Shown piece after piece: positions 9,260 to 17,861 of a DNA stretch of 64,000 nucleotides (position 1 is the stretch's first letter; each line of letters starts with the position of its first letter). The DNA lies in the IMG/VR virus record IMGVR_UViG_3300035101_000015, positions 1 to 64,000 of that record; one strand, 5' to 3'. This stretch comes from a virus (Duplodnaviria; Caudoviricetes). Under the pieces are notes generated by a model. It saw only the letters and a list, made by a program, of their open reading frames with translations. It had not been told where the DNA came from and did no database searches. Position numbers and translations under genes: made by a program.

Positions 9260-9260
9260 G

Positions 9261-9755
9261 TCAGACTCCCAGGTACTTGGACGCCTTCCGGCGTAGCTTC
9301 CCCCTCTTACTGGTCCCCAGGTATTGCCGCAGCTTCTCCTTCTCAGCCTCACGGTCGAGCACACTGCGCGCGGTAGGCAGACCAGCACCGAACACGGCAC
9401 CGCTCGCCGCAGCTCCACCGAGCTGGCGCGTCCCACCCCACAGAGCTTTGGCCAGGCCCTTCGCCTTGCCCCCGGCTCCCTTGGCCCTCAGGGCCTCCGC
9501 CAGGCCCTTGCCGACACCGCCGCCCACGAGCTTGCTGGCCATGAGACCTGCGGGCCCGACGATGCTGCCCGCGAGCGCACCACGCGTGAGCTGCTCTGGA
9601 GTGGGCTTCTTCCTCTCGAGCTCGCGCAGTCTCTTCAAGGCGCCTGCCGCCTCCTGTGTGGTCACCTGCGCCAGTTTCACCACGCCACCCTCAGTCGTGA
9701 ACTTCATGGCACAGAGCTTCACCAGCTCGTCCATCATGGTGTCGTAGGGGCGCAT
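9261..9755 (-). CDS. Cationic glycine-zipper protein after a DELVKL...VKLA leader
   Basis: GALAGSIVGPAG and GGAAASGAVFGAG segments, K/R-rich. Confidence 0.65.
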   Translation of the reverse strand: MRPYDTMMDELVKLCAMKFTTEGGVVKLAQVTTQEAAGALKRLRELERKKPTPEQLTRGALAGSIVGPAGLMASKLVGGGVGKGLAEALRAKGAGGKAKGLAKALWGGTRQLGGAAASGAVFGAGLPTARSVLDREAEKEKLRQYLGTSKRGKLRRKASKYLGV

Positions 9756-9764
9756 CGTTCCTCC

Positions 9765-12197
9765 TCAACTCGCAGCAGAGACCAGGCCGCGCGCCGCGCG
9801 CATGGCCTTCGGAGCGTAGTGGACACCCTTCTCCAGGGCGTGGGCTGCCGTGTCCTTCACCACGTTGAGCCCCAGATGCCCTAGGGCGCCCTTCATTGGA
9901 GCGTAGGTACCCGTCGCCTTGGCTACCGCTGCCAGGCCCGCCGCTGCCGGACTGACCGCCTGGCCGAGCATGGTGGCTGTCCCTGCCGCTCCCGCAATCT
10001 CCCCGAGCTGGCCCACACGGGGCGCCTGCGCCACCAGGCCGCGCCCCAGGGAGCCCCGGATGCCCCCGGCTCCCACCTCTGCCGCCCGCCCGGCGGCGCG
10101 CTGTAGCTCCTGCCCAGTGCCCCGGGTGATGCCCTCGATGAACCCACCCGCCGGCTTGCCCAGGGGGTTGAGCGTCTTCCCCGCTCCCGTAGCGTGGGTC
10201 ATGTGGGAGCCAGCACCCTCCAGACCCTCCCCGAGCACACGGCCGGCGGCGGTGCTCTTCCGGCCGACGGCGGCGGCCTGCTCTGGGGTGACCCCCTTCT
10301 TGAGCTTCAGGCCCTTCCCCAGCTCCTTCAGGTGCTTGCCTGCCCTCGTGTATGCACCCTCGGGGGTGAGGTCGACCACCTCATCACCCAACCGGACGAG
10401 CTTCTTGCCCGGCAGCACGCGCCGCAGGGCCTTGACGATGGCCTCCTTGCGCAGCTCCTCGTAGGAGGCGGACAGCTTCGTGAGGTCCAACCTGGAGAGC
10501 TCAGCGGACGCCAGCTTCAAGACGAGCTCGAGCTCATCAGGCGTGACGACGTGGGCCTGCTTCTCCCAGTTCGGATTGTTCTCCGTGGTAGGAGCGTCCG
10601 CGCCCGCGACCCGGCGGCCAACTATCGCACCGGCGCGGGACAGCGCCGGGTCCTGCCGGCCCACACCCGCACGCGTGGGGAATTGGTCGTGCTGAATCAA
10701 CCGGGTCATGGAGGCAGCCAGCTTCGGGGCCAGGTCCATCGTACGAAGTCCAGGGCTGACCTGTCGCTCTTCGTAACCAATGGAGGGCGCCTCGTCCCTA
10801 CTGGGAGCGTCTCCCTTCTTCGGCTTGGATACAGCGGGCTTCCCCTGCAGCTCGGTGTCCTGCATGACGTAGTGCTGAATGCCCCTCGAGGCACCCTCAC
10901 CGAACATCCGCTGCATCGTGCCACCGGAGTTGGCGAGCTTCTTCTGCTCTGGCTTCTTGTCCAGCTTCTCCTTGAGCTTCTGAACACCTACTGTGACTAC
11001 CTTGCCCTTGTACTTCGGGTCGTCATAGTGCTTGAGGAACGCTTTCTCCGCCTCAGCCTTCGACTTGAAGCCGAGCATGACAGTGTCCTCGTCGTGCCCC
11101 TTGCCATCATCGTTGTGCTGCTGCACCACGTACGCGTTAGACGAGTCCTTGTCAGGGCCTACGTAGGCGTCAATCTCCTCGCCGTCCTTACCCTTCGTGC
11201 CCTCGATGTACCCGTAGGGAACCTTGAACTTCGTACGCCACTTCGACCCATCGTCGTTCTCACCCTCGCGCACGCTGCCCTTGCGGTTCTCGACAGCGAT
11301 GGGCAGGCCCTGCACATCAGTACGACCCTGGAGCTTGAAGCCAGCGGAGTTCTTCTTGCCCGTACCTGGCTTGAGCTCAGCCTGCTTCTCCTTCAGTGGA
11401 ACGGACTCGATGGAGATGATGCGGTCCGACCCATCTCCATCCCAACCCCCCAAGCACTCGCCCTGAACCTTACCGTTCTCCGCCTCGTAGATACCGAAGG
11501 AGTGTCCCACGACACCCCGTCGATGAATGCGCTTCAGCAGTTCCACCAGGGAGGGCACTTCACCCCGCATGCGGACACGTACCTCGGCCGTTGGCTCACC
11601 CTTGGATAGAACAACCTTCTTGTTCGACGGCTTGGGTTTCTTCTCCGGGTCCTCAGCCTGTTTGCGCATCTTGTCGACGCGCTTGCCGAGTGCCTCGCCA
11701 CCCTCGAGCCCCACCGCTGTGCCAGCCAGCGTACCGAGTAGCGCGCCAGCGACTGGGCTCTTCTTCATGAGCTTGCGCCCGAGCATAGCACCACTCGTCC
11801 CACCAAGGGCTGTGGTGTACCAGGGCAGCTTCTTCTCCACTGGGCCAGCCGCCTCCTTGGCGTATCGTTCTGGATGCTCCTCTCGATGAAGCGCAGCAAT
11901 CTTCTGTGCCAGTGACGAGCTCTCCTTGTCCATTACGTCCTCGAGGCTCTGCTTCACCTTGGAGGCGGCAGTGCCGAGGATGCGAGTGCGTGAGAGGTCC
12001 TCAGGCTTCACACCCAACGCCTCGGAGAGCTGCTCGTACCTCTTCTCCCAATTCGCATTCTTGTAGAGGGAGCCATCCTTCTCCTTGCGCAGGAACGTGT
12101 CGACACGCATCGGCCGGCGGCCCTTCCGACTCTTCGACAAGCGCATCCGGCCCTGAGAAATGGCCAGCTTGACCTGCTGCTCATCGAGAATCGACAT
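9765..12197 (-). CDS. 810-aa K-x-A-punctuated polyprotein-like protein with an inorganic-pyrophosphatase-like phage domain and glycine zippers
   Basis: GLPIAVENRKGSVR.G...W......YGYIEGTKGKDGEEIDAYVGP...DED.VMLGF bracketed by EKQA and KKLA; about 13 K-x-A/S sites. Confidence 0.75.
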   Translation of the reverse strand: MSILDEQQVKLAISQGRMRLSKSRKGRRPMRVDTFLRKEKDGSLYKNANWEKRYEQLSEALGVKPEDLSRTRILGTAASKVKQSLEDVMDKESSSLAQKIAALHREEHPERYAKEAAGPVEKKLPWYTTALGGTSGAMLGRKLMKKSPVAGALLGTLAGTAVGLEGGEALGKRVDKMRKQAEDPEKKPKPSNKKVVLSKGEPTAEVRVRMRGEVPSLVELLKRIHRRGVVGHSFGIYEAENGKVQGECLGGWDGDGSDRIISIESVPLKEKQAELKPGTGKKNSAGFKLQGRTDVQGLPIAVENRKGSVREGENDDGSKWRTKFKVPYGYIEGTKGKDGEEIDAYVGPDKDSSNAYVVQQHNDDGKGHDEDTVMLGFKSKAEAEKAFLKHYDDPKYKGKVVTVGVQKLKEKLDKKPEQKKLANSGGTMQRMFGEGASRGIQHYVMQDTELQGKPAVSKPKKGDAPSRDEAPSIGYEERQVSPGLRTMDLAPKLAASMTRLIQHDQFPTRAGVGRQDPALSRAGAIVGRRVAGADAPTTENNPNWEKQAHVVTPDELELVLKLASAELSRLDLTKLSASYEELRKEAIVKALRRVLPGKKLVRLGDEVVDLTPEGAYTRAGKHLKELGKGLKLKKGVTPEQAAAVGRKSTAAGRVLGEGLEGAGSHMTHATGAGKTLNPLGKPAGGFIEGITRGTGQELQRAAGRAAEVGAGGIRGSLGRGLVAQAPRVGQLGEIAGAAGTATMLGQAVSPAAAGLAAVAKATGTYAPMKGALGHLGLNVVKDTAAHALEKGVHYAPKAMRAARGLVSAAS

Positions 12198-12234
12198 CGC
12201 CTAGTTGTACCATCCCCAAAGGGGCTATCGGAAG

Positions 12235-15200
12235 CTAGCCAATCTGCGCGCGGCTGAAGTTCAGAGCTGCAGCCAGCGCAGACACTGCCTCGAACTTGCG
12301 CTTCCGTGTGTCACCCTTCTGAGCTACTGTGCTTCCACGCTTGATGTTCAGCAGCGTCTCAATCTCCGGTGCGACGAGCCCGAACACGTCGTCGTAGGGT
12401 CCGAAGGCGCGGGAGTGGAACCCTTCAATCTCACCTGGCGACGTCACCTCGGTGCCATTCTCGTTGAAGGTGAGCCCCTCGGTTCCGAACATGTCAATCA
12501 TCGAGGCGATGGGTCGCCAGGTGTACGCCCGGATGAACTCGTCTGCGTCGAGCCCAGCCTGCTTCACGTACGAGTAGGTCATGGTGATGAACTCCACCGC
12601 CTGCTCGATGGTGGCGTTCGCGCCCAAGGAGTTCACGATGGGAAGGGAGTCCACAGCATCATCGACACCCTCAGATGTCTCCGACTCCTCCATGGCCTTC
12701 TTGAACTCCTCCAAGGCGGACGTGGACTGTTCACCTCCAGCGTCCAAGACGGCAGTCGGCTCAGTGATGGAACCGATACCGAAGAAGTCCTTGTAGACAT
12801 CACCAATCTTGCTGGGGCTCCACACATCACCGTACCACCCAGGGCGGATGAGCTCCTCTGCTGGGATGTCCACCTCTTCTAGCTTGTACCGTGGGACCTC
12901 TTCATCGATGGAGAAGGCACGCCACATCACAGTCTGCTCCTGGTCATCCAGGTAGATTTCCAACGCCTTGCCGGCCTGTCCACCCAGAGACTTGGCCGTC
13001 ACTGGGATGCCGATGGGAACCTCGATGGTGGGAAGGTCCGTACCACCAGCGCGCCTGGACCCACTGAAGAACCACGGTAGACGGGTGCTCGCTTTCTGCC
13101 AGCGCTCGATGTCCTCCTCAGGTTCCTCGCCAAAGTAGCTCGGGGAGCTTCCAGTCTCTGGGGAGTACTTGTCGGTGACCTCTTTGACGTTGGTGATTTT
13201 GCCCTGATTCGGACCGATGGAGCCCACTGCAGGACGGTCGAAGGCAGCCACATCGGTAGTGCGATTGGCATCTCCCTCCTGCCGCTTCTGCACGGTCTGC
13301 ACGCCATCCGTCACACCGAGGAAGCTGGTGTCCTCGCTGGGACTACGTGCGTAGGTACAACGAATGGAGGTGTGTCCTCTTAGCTGCTCCTGGGAGCACT
13401 GATGTACCACCTCGGTGAAGTTCACCAGGTAGTTGGCACCGATGAGCTCGGCCGTGTACTTGGGGAGCAGCAGCCGCCTCGTCTCCTCGTCTGTCGAGAC
13501 GAACGCCTCTCGAATCTGCCGGATGCGCTCTGCCTGTTGCTGGTCCACCCATCGGTCGATGACCACCCCAGGGAAGCCAACTGCAACATAGGGGTTGAAG
13601 CGGCCGTTCACCTGGAACTGACGTGCATTGAACCGGTGCTTGAAGTAGATGAAGTTGGCACTGCGCTGGGCGAAGCTGACCTTCGTCACCTTGCCATCCA
13701 CCTTCTGCCCTCTGTTGGAGCGGGCAGCGAAGACGTTGAACTCGCCCATCTTCTCGAACACTGGCAGGATACCAGTGAAGAGCTCGTGGTCGAGCACGTC
13801 GTTCTTCAGCACATCGCGCAGCCGTGCCTTGGTCTTCTTCAGAGACCCAGCTTGTGGCGCAAAGTAGAAGCGGTCGAAAAGGAAGTCTTCACCGAAGAAC
13901 TCATCATTCGTCTTGAGTAGGAAGCGAGTGGGCTCCTGGAGGAAGGCCCGCCGATAGGAGAGCTGCTCGTACATGTCGGGGAATAGCACATTGCAGCGCG
14001 GTGGGGAACCGAACCAGATGTCCGGTCTGAGAATCTGCTGAACCAGGCGCGCCGGCTCAATCTGCTTGAGTGGGATGGTGTTGACGGTGAGCTCACGCAC
14101 GCGCCGTAGTTGAGACAGCGCCTCGTTGAGCTTGGGCTCGAACTGCTTCTGCACCCAGTTGTTCTTGTGCAGCCCAGGGCGCCAGTTGGAGGCCAGGCGG
14201 TGTGCCACCTTCAAAGCGTGGATGGCTTTCGTGTAGATAGAGACCAGGAGGTCCGGTGCATCCCGACCTCGCATCTCCGTCCGTCCCTTCTGCAGCGAAT
14301 CGACAACGAAGCCTATCCGGTCCTTGTTCTCCTTCATGGCATCCCTGATGGCCTTGGTGAAAAGCGCGGTTGTCTCCTCGCTCTTCAAGTCATCGATGCT
14401 CTTCAGGATGTTCTCGATGGAACGTACGGCCAGGTTGGCTTGCTGCACGAAGAATGCGAGCTTGGGGTCACTGGCTAGCCTCACCCTACGAGTGCCCGTT
14501 GGGTTCGTACCCTTGCCCGGCTTGTACATCGGGCACGGCTGCGGGTACGTCTCGTGGAACATGATTTTGGTGATGGCACTGATGGCCTTGCGGATGCTCA
14601 CCTGCTGACCGAGCCCACCGAGAGCGCGGTTGAACATGCCGCCGTAGCCGCGACGTGCCAGTAGCTTCTTCGAGGTCGGGTCAGTCTCGTAGGCCGTAAT
14701 CATCTGGGTGATGTGCAGCCTGAGCTCAGCCAGTGAGAAGAAGATGTTCTGACCACCGAACTTGCGTGGGGCGTTCCCCTTGTCGTCCTTCGGCCTCGTG
14801 TAGTAGCTGCCACCAATAGACTCGATGAGCCTCACGATGCCTGCAGCCAACCCTCTCAACTGAGGGAAGGTGTTGCACCTACCCTTCAGGATGATGGCAG
14901 TGAGCATCGAGCCCTTGCTCGATAGGAAGTCGGTGAAGAGGTTGGTGGAGCCACCGCTGAAGATGGCCTTCTGACCAGGACCGAAGATGCCAGTGTTGCT
15001 CCACTGGTAGGCGTAGTCCCAGTAGTTGCTGAAGTCCTCGCACTGCAGGATGAGCGACCGATTCATCGGCGTCTTGGTCCAGGCGAATCCGACTACCTCA
15101 CCGCCGAACATCAACTTGAAGCGCCTGCTAGACCAGCCCTTCGGCATGGTGTCACCACAAGGCACAGCCTTGATGGTGGTGGGTGACTCAGGGGTCTGCT

Positions 15201-15510
15201 TCTCATCCCCAGCGCCAGCCATCTGCTCTGAGTCTGCAGCGTCCGGGTCTGCCTCCTCCGTCTCCGACTTGCCCATCGCCGGCGACTCGAGCAGGAACGG
15301 GTTCGCACTGGCGTACGAGTCATGGAAGAAGAGATGAACGATGGTACGAGGGAACAGGCGTGTCCCCTCAACCAGCGGTGGTATCTGCACGACACCCATG
15401 GCCGGACTATTGGGCGCGGCCGTCACCTGCGCAGAGATGACCGGAATCTCGATGCCCTCGAGGAAGAGGCGGATGCGAATCCGCTGTGCGAAGGAGAGGA
15501 ACTCCGTCAT
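12235..15510 (-). CDS. Large baseplate hub/tail-tip protein
   Basis: True start MTEFLSF at 15510 (ATGA overlap); about 1090 aa downstream of the tape measure; GRFNPYVAVGFPGVVID hub-like motif. Confidence 0.55.
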   Translation of the reverse strand: MTEFLSFAQRIRIRLFLEGIEIPVISAQVTAAPNSPAMGVVQIPPLVEGTRLFPRTIVHLFFHDSYASANPFLLESPAMGKSETEEADPDAADSEQMAGAGDEKQTPESPTTIKAVPCGDTMPKGWSSRRFKLMFGGEVVGFAWTKTPMNRSLILQCEDFSNYWDYAYQWSNTGIFGPGQKAIFSGGSTNLFTDFLSSKGSMLTAIILKGRCNTFPQLRGLAAGIVRLIESIGGSYYTRPKDDKGNAPRKFGGQNIFFSLAELRLHITQMITAYETDPTSKKLLARRGYGGMFNRALGGLGQQVSIRKAISAITKIMFHETYPQPCPMYKPGKGTNPTGTRRVRLASDPKLAFFVQQANLAVRSIENILKSIDDLKSEETTALFTKAIRDAMKENKDRIGFVVDSLQKGRTEMRGRDAPDLLVSIYTKAIHALKVAHRLASNWRPGLHKNNWVQKQFEPKLNEALSQLRRVRELTVNTIPLKQIEPARLVQQILRPDIWFGSPPRCNVLFPDMYEQLSYRRAFLQEPTRFLLKTNDEFFGEDFLFDRFYFAPQAGSLKKTKARLRDVLKNDVLDHELFTGILPVFEKMGEFNVFAARSNRGQKVDGKVTKVSFAQRSANFIYFKHRFNARQFQVNGRFNPYVAVGFPGVVIDRWVDQQQAERIRQIREAFVSTDEETRRLLLPKYTAELIGANYLVNFTEVVHQCSQEQLRGHTSIRCTYARSPSEDTSFLGVTDGVQTVQKRQEGDANRTTDVAAFDRPAVGSIGPNQGKITNVKEVTDKYSPETGSSPSYFGEEPEEDIERWQKASTRLPWFFSGSRRAGGTDLPTIEVPIGIPVTAKSLGGQAGKALEIYLDDQEQTVMWRAFSIDEEVPRYKLEEVDIPAEELIRPGWYGDVWSPSKIGDVYKDFFGIGSITEPTAVLDAGGEQSTSALEEFKKAMEESETSEGVDDAVDSLPIVNSLGANATIEQAVEFITMTYSYVKQAGLDADEFIRAYTWRPIASMIDMFGTEGLTFNENGTEVTSPGEIEGFHSRAFGPYDDVFGLVAPEIETLLNIKRGSTVAQKGDTRKRKFEAVSALAAALNFSRAQIG

Positions 15511-17576
15511 CCTATGCCCGCGAAGGCGCTGGCGGACACGCCCGCCGAGGCAGACACACCAGCACTGGCTCCGGCAGAGAAGCCGACACCAGCACTGGCC
15601 GAAGCTCCTGCCGAGAACCCAACCCCAGCGGAGAAGCCAGCGTTGGCACTGGCCGAGAACCCTGTAGTACCTCCAACGGACAAGCCGCCAGCGGGCACAG
15701 CGCAAGACACACCGAACGGGTTGTCGACAGCGAACCCGAACTTCTGCTGCTCCCTACGCTGTGACATGTAGGCTGGGTCGTCTCGAGCCGTACCGAACAC
15801 ATTCAGCTCACCCTCCACGCTGACGAGTGCGAAGGCGCTGACTCTACCCTCAACGGAAACCGATGCGCCACCAGCGAGAGCTCCCCTACCAGCTACCTGT
15901 CCTGGAGTGAGGGCAGTACGGTCGTACCTCGGACGCAGGAAGCGCTCGAACGCACTGGCCTCATCCGCCACACCGGCGAAGGTGAACCGGTTGGGGTCCT
16001 TGAACCCGGGGTCACCCGAGGCATTGCCAGACCCGAAGCCGAAGCCACCGTAGTCACCATATCCAGCACGGCCGAATCCGGGCCTGCGGGCGTAGTCGCT
16101 CTCGTAGCCGTAGGAGTAGTCGTACCCCGTTTCCACGAGCTGCTGCCGGGTGCTGCCGAAGCGCACGTCGGTGGAGCTTCGCCTGCCGTAGACCACACCC
16201 AGGCTGTCCGACTGGAAGGACTCATAGTAGCTAGCAGAGGAAACACCAGCACGGGCTGAGTAGCCGTACCTGGTCTCTGCCACAGCGGAGGCATTGTAGC
16301 TACCGCCTGCGACAGCACCGAGTCCTACACCTGCTCCAGCAGAGAATCCGAAGCTGGCGTTCACCTGCGCGTTGAACGATGCGCCAGCATGAGCCCCTGT
16401 TCCAGAGTAGAAGTTGGGCTGTAGACCCAGCGACGAGTAGGCGCCAGGGCTGTTGATATTCGCTCCGTAGCACCCAAGGAACTCGGTGGCCTGACGGAAC
16501 AGGTCAGCCGACTCGAGTGCGGTGCGCGTCTGAGCCTTCACCATGGAAGGTGGTCGGGGCACCTCACCTGGCTCGTACCCGAACTGGGTGCGCCCATCTT
16601 CGACACCTACCATCTCGTCGATGTTGGTAGCGATTAGGCTGCGGATGGATACCCCCGCCCGCACGACCAGGTTCTTCAACCCAGCCAGATTGCCCGGTCC
16701 ACGAGACTCCAGGTAGGGCCACCAGTCAGCCGCCACACCCACACTGGGAGGAGCTTCACGAATGAGCTGGCTGAGGGTGCGGTAGGTACCAGGGACAGCC
16801 AACCTCGAGGACTGCTCGGCAATGAGGCCACGGGTGTCGAAGTTCTCCAACTCCGCTTGTCCGTACGCTTCCCTCTGCAGATTCGACACCAGCAGGCGGC
16901 CTGCATCCTTGCTGGTGAGCTGGATGCTGGCGGGTAGCTGTACGCTGGAGCGGATTGGGAACATCGGGTTGCCGACGTTGGATACATTGGTGCAGTTGGT
17001 CACGAAGAACTTGAATTGCAGCTTGGCAATGAAGTGCTCTTCTGCACGCTTCACCGCTTGGGCCATCATCATGTAGCCCTCGACGATGCTGTCGTCGTAG
17101 GCGAGGTAGCAGCGGGCACCCATCTCCACGAGCTTGGTGCCACGAAGGTAGGTGTTGTAGTTCGCCCACCACTCAGCCTCCCAGTTGAAGTCGTGGGAGT
17201 TCAGTAGGATGGCGGAGATGTCCAGGAAGCGGGGCTGCTCACCGAAGAAGAACACGTAGGAGGCACCGAACGTCTCGATGATTTGGTGCTTCTCCATCCG
17301 GCTCTCGTTCACCTGCTGCAGCAAGAAGTTGGTGTAACCTCTGCTGTTGTAGCCATCTGGCAGGCCGGAGTCGACGAGCGGTAGCGGGTTGCCATCTGCT
17401 TTGATGACTCGCAGTGAAGCGTACGTGTCGTCCTTCACCTCGAGGCCACGCAGCGGTCGGCGGGCGCGCTTGCGACCGGCCCGCGCCGTCTCATTGGTGT
17501 TCGGCTGGAACTTCTTCCGCACCTTCTCGAAGTTGCTCTCCAGAGGGCTGGTGGTGAGCTCAATGAAGACGGCCAT
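15507..17576 (-). CDS. Baseplate/tube-initiator-like protein with Gly/Ala/Ser alternating repeats
   Basis: FLLQQVNESRMEKHQIIETFG..YVFFFGEQP N-domain; position after tape measure. Confidence 0.55.
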   Translation of the reverse strand: MAVFIELTTSPLESNFEKVRKKFQPNTNETARAGRKRARRPLRGLEVKDDTYASLRVIKADGNPLPLVDSGLPDGYNSRGYTNFLLQQVNESRMEKHQIIETFGASYVFFFGEQPRFLDISAILLNSHDFNWEAEWWANYNTYLRGTKLVEMGARCYLAYDDSIVEGYMMMAQAVKRAEEHFIAKLQFKFFVTNCTNVSNVGNPMFPIRSSVQLPASIQLTSKDAGRLLVSNLQREAYGQAELENFDTRGLIAEQSSRLAVPGTYRTLSQLIREAPPSVGVAADWWPYLESRGPGNLAGLKNLVVRAGVSIRSLIATNIDEMVGVEDGRTQFGYEPGEVPRPPSMVKAQTRTALESADLFRQATEFLGCYGANINSPGAYSSLGLQPNFYSGTGAHAGASFNAQVNASFGFSAGAGVGLGAVAGGSYNASAVAETRYGYSARAGVSSASYYESFQSDSLGVVYGRRSSTDVRFGSTRQQLVETGYDYSYGYESDYARRPGFGRAGYGDYGGFGFGSGNASGDPGFKDPNRFTFAGVADEASAFERFLRPRYDRTALTPGQVAGRGALAGGASVSVEGRVSAFALVSVEGELNVFGTARDDPAYMSQRREQQKFGFAVDNPFGVSCAVPAGGLSVGGTTGFSASANAGFSAGVGFSAGASASAGVGFSAGASAGVSASAGVSASAFAGIG

Positions 17577-17588
17577 GAACCTACTCTA

Positions 17589-17861
17589 TCAGATGACGAC
17601 GTTGTTCCTGACCAGGAAGTCCCGGACCGAACGCTCTGGGAACTTCCCGGAGTAGGGCTCATTCTGCTGAATGGCGAAGGCAATGGCTCTGACCAGCGGA
17701 AGGTACGCGTCCTCCGGCACCACCTGGTCTCGGAGCACGAAGCGGTAGAGCCGGCCGTCCTTGCGGATGGTGACCGGCACCTCATTCCGACACGGGATGG
17801 CCCCGCACCCGGAGGGCTCACTGAACGGGGTCGCCCCGGACTGGAAGAGTAGAGACTTCAT
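17589..17861 (-). CDS. Hypothetical protein
   Basis: 90 aa; ATGA overlap with the tape measure stop. Confidence 0.55.
   Translation of the reverse strand: MKSLLFQSGATPFSEPSGCGAIPCRNEVPVTIRKDGRLYRFVLRDQVVPEDAYLPLVRAIAFAIQQNEPYSGKFPERSVRDFLVRNNVVI

Noticed and set aside
15511-15705. Cys/Trp/Arg-rich N-terminal extension of the 1156-aa ORF
   Set aside because: It is the alternative-frame reading of the upstream gene's GAS repeat; the real start is ATG 15510.
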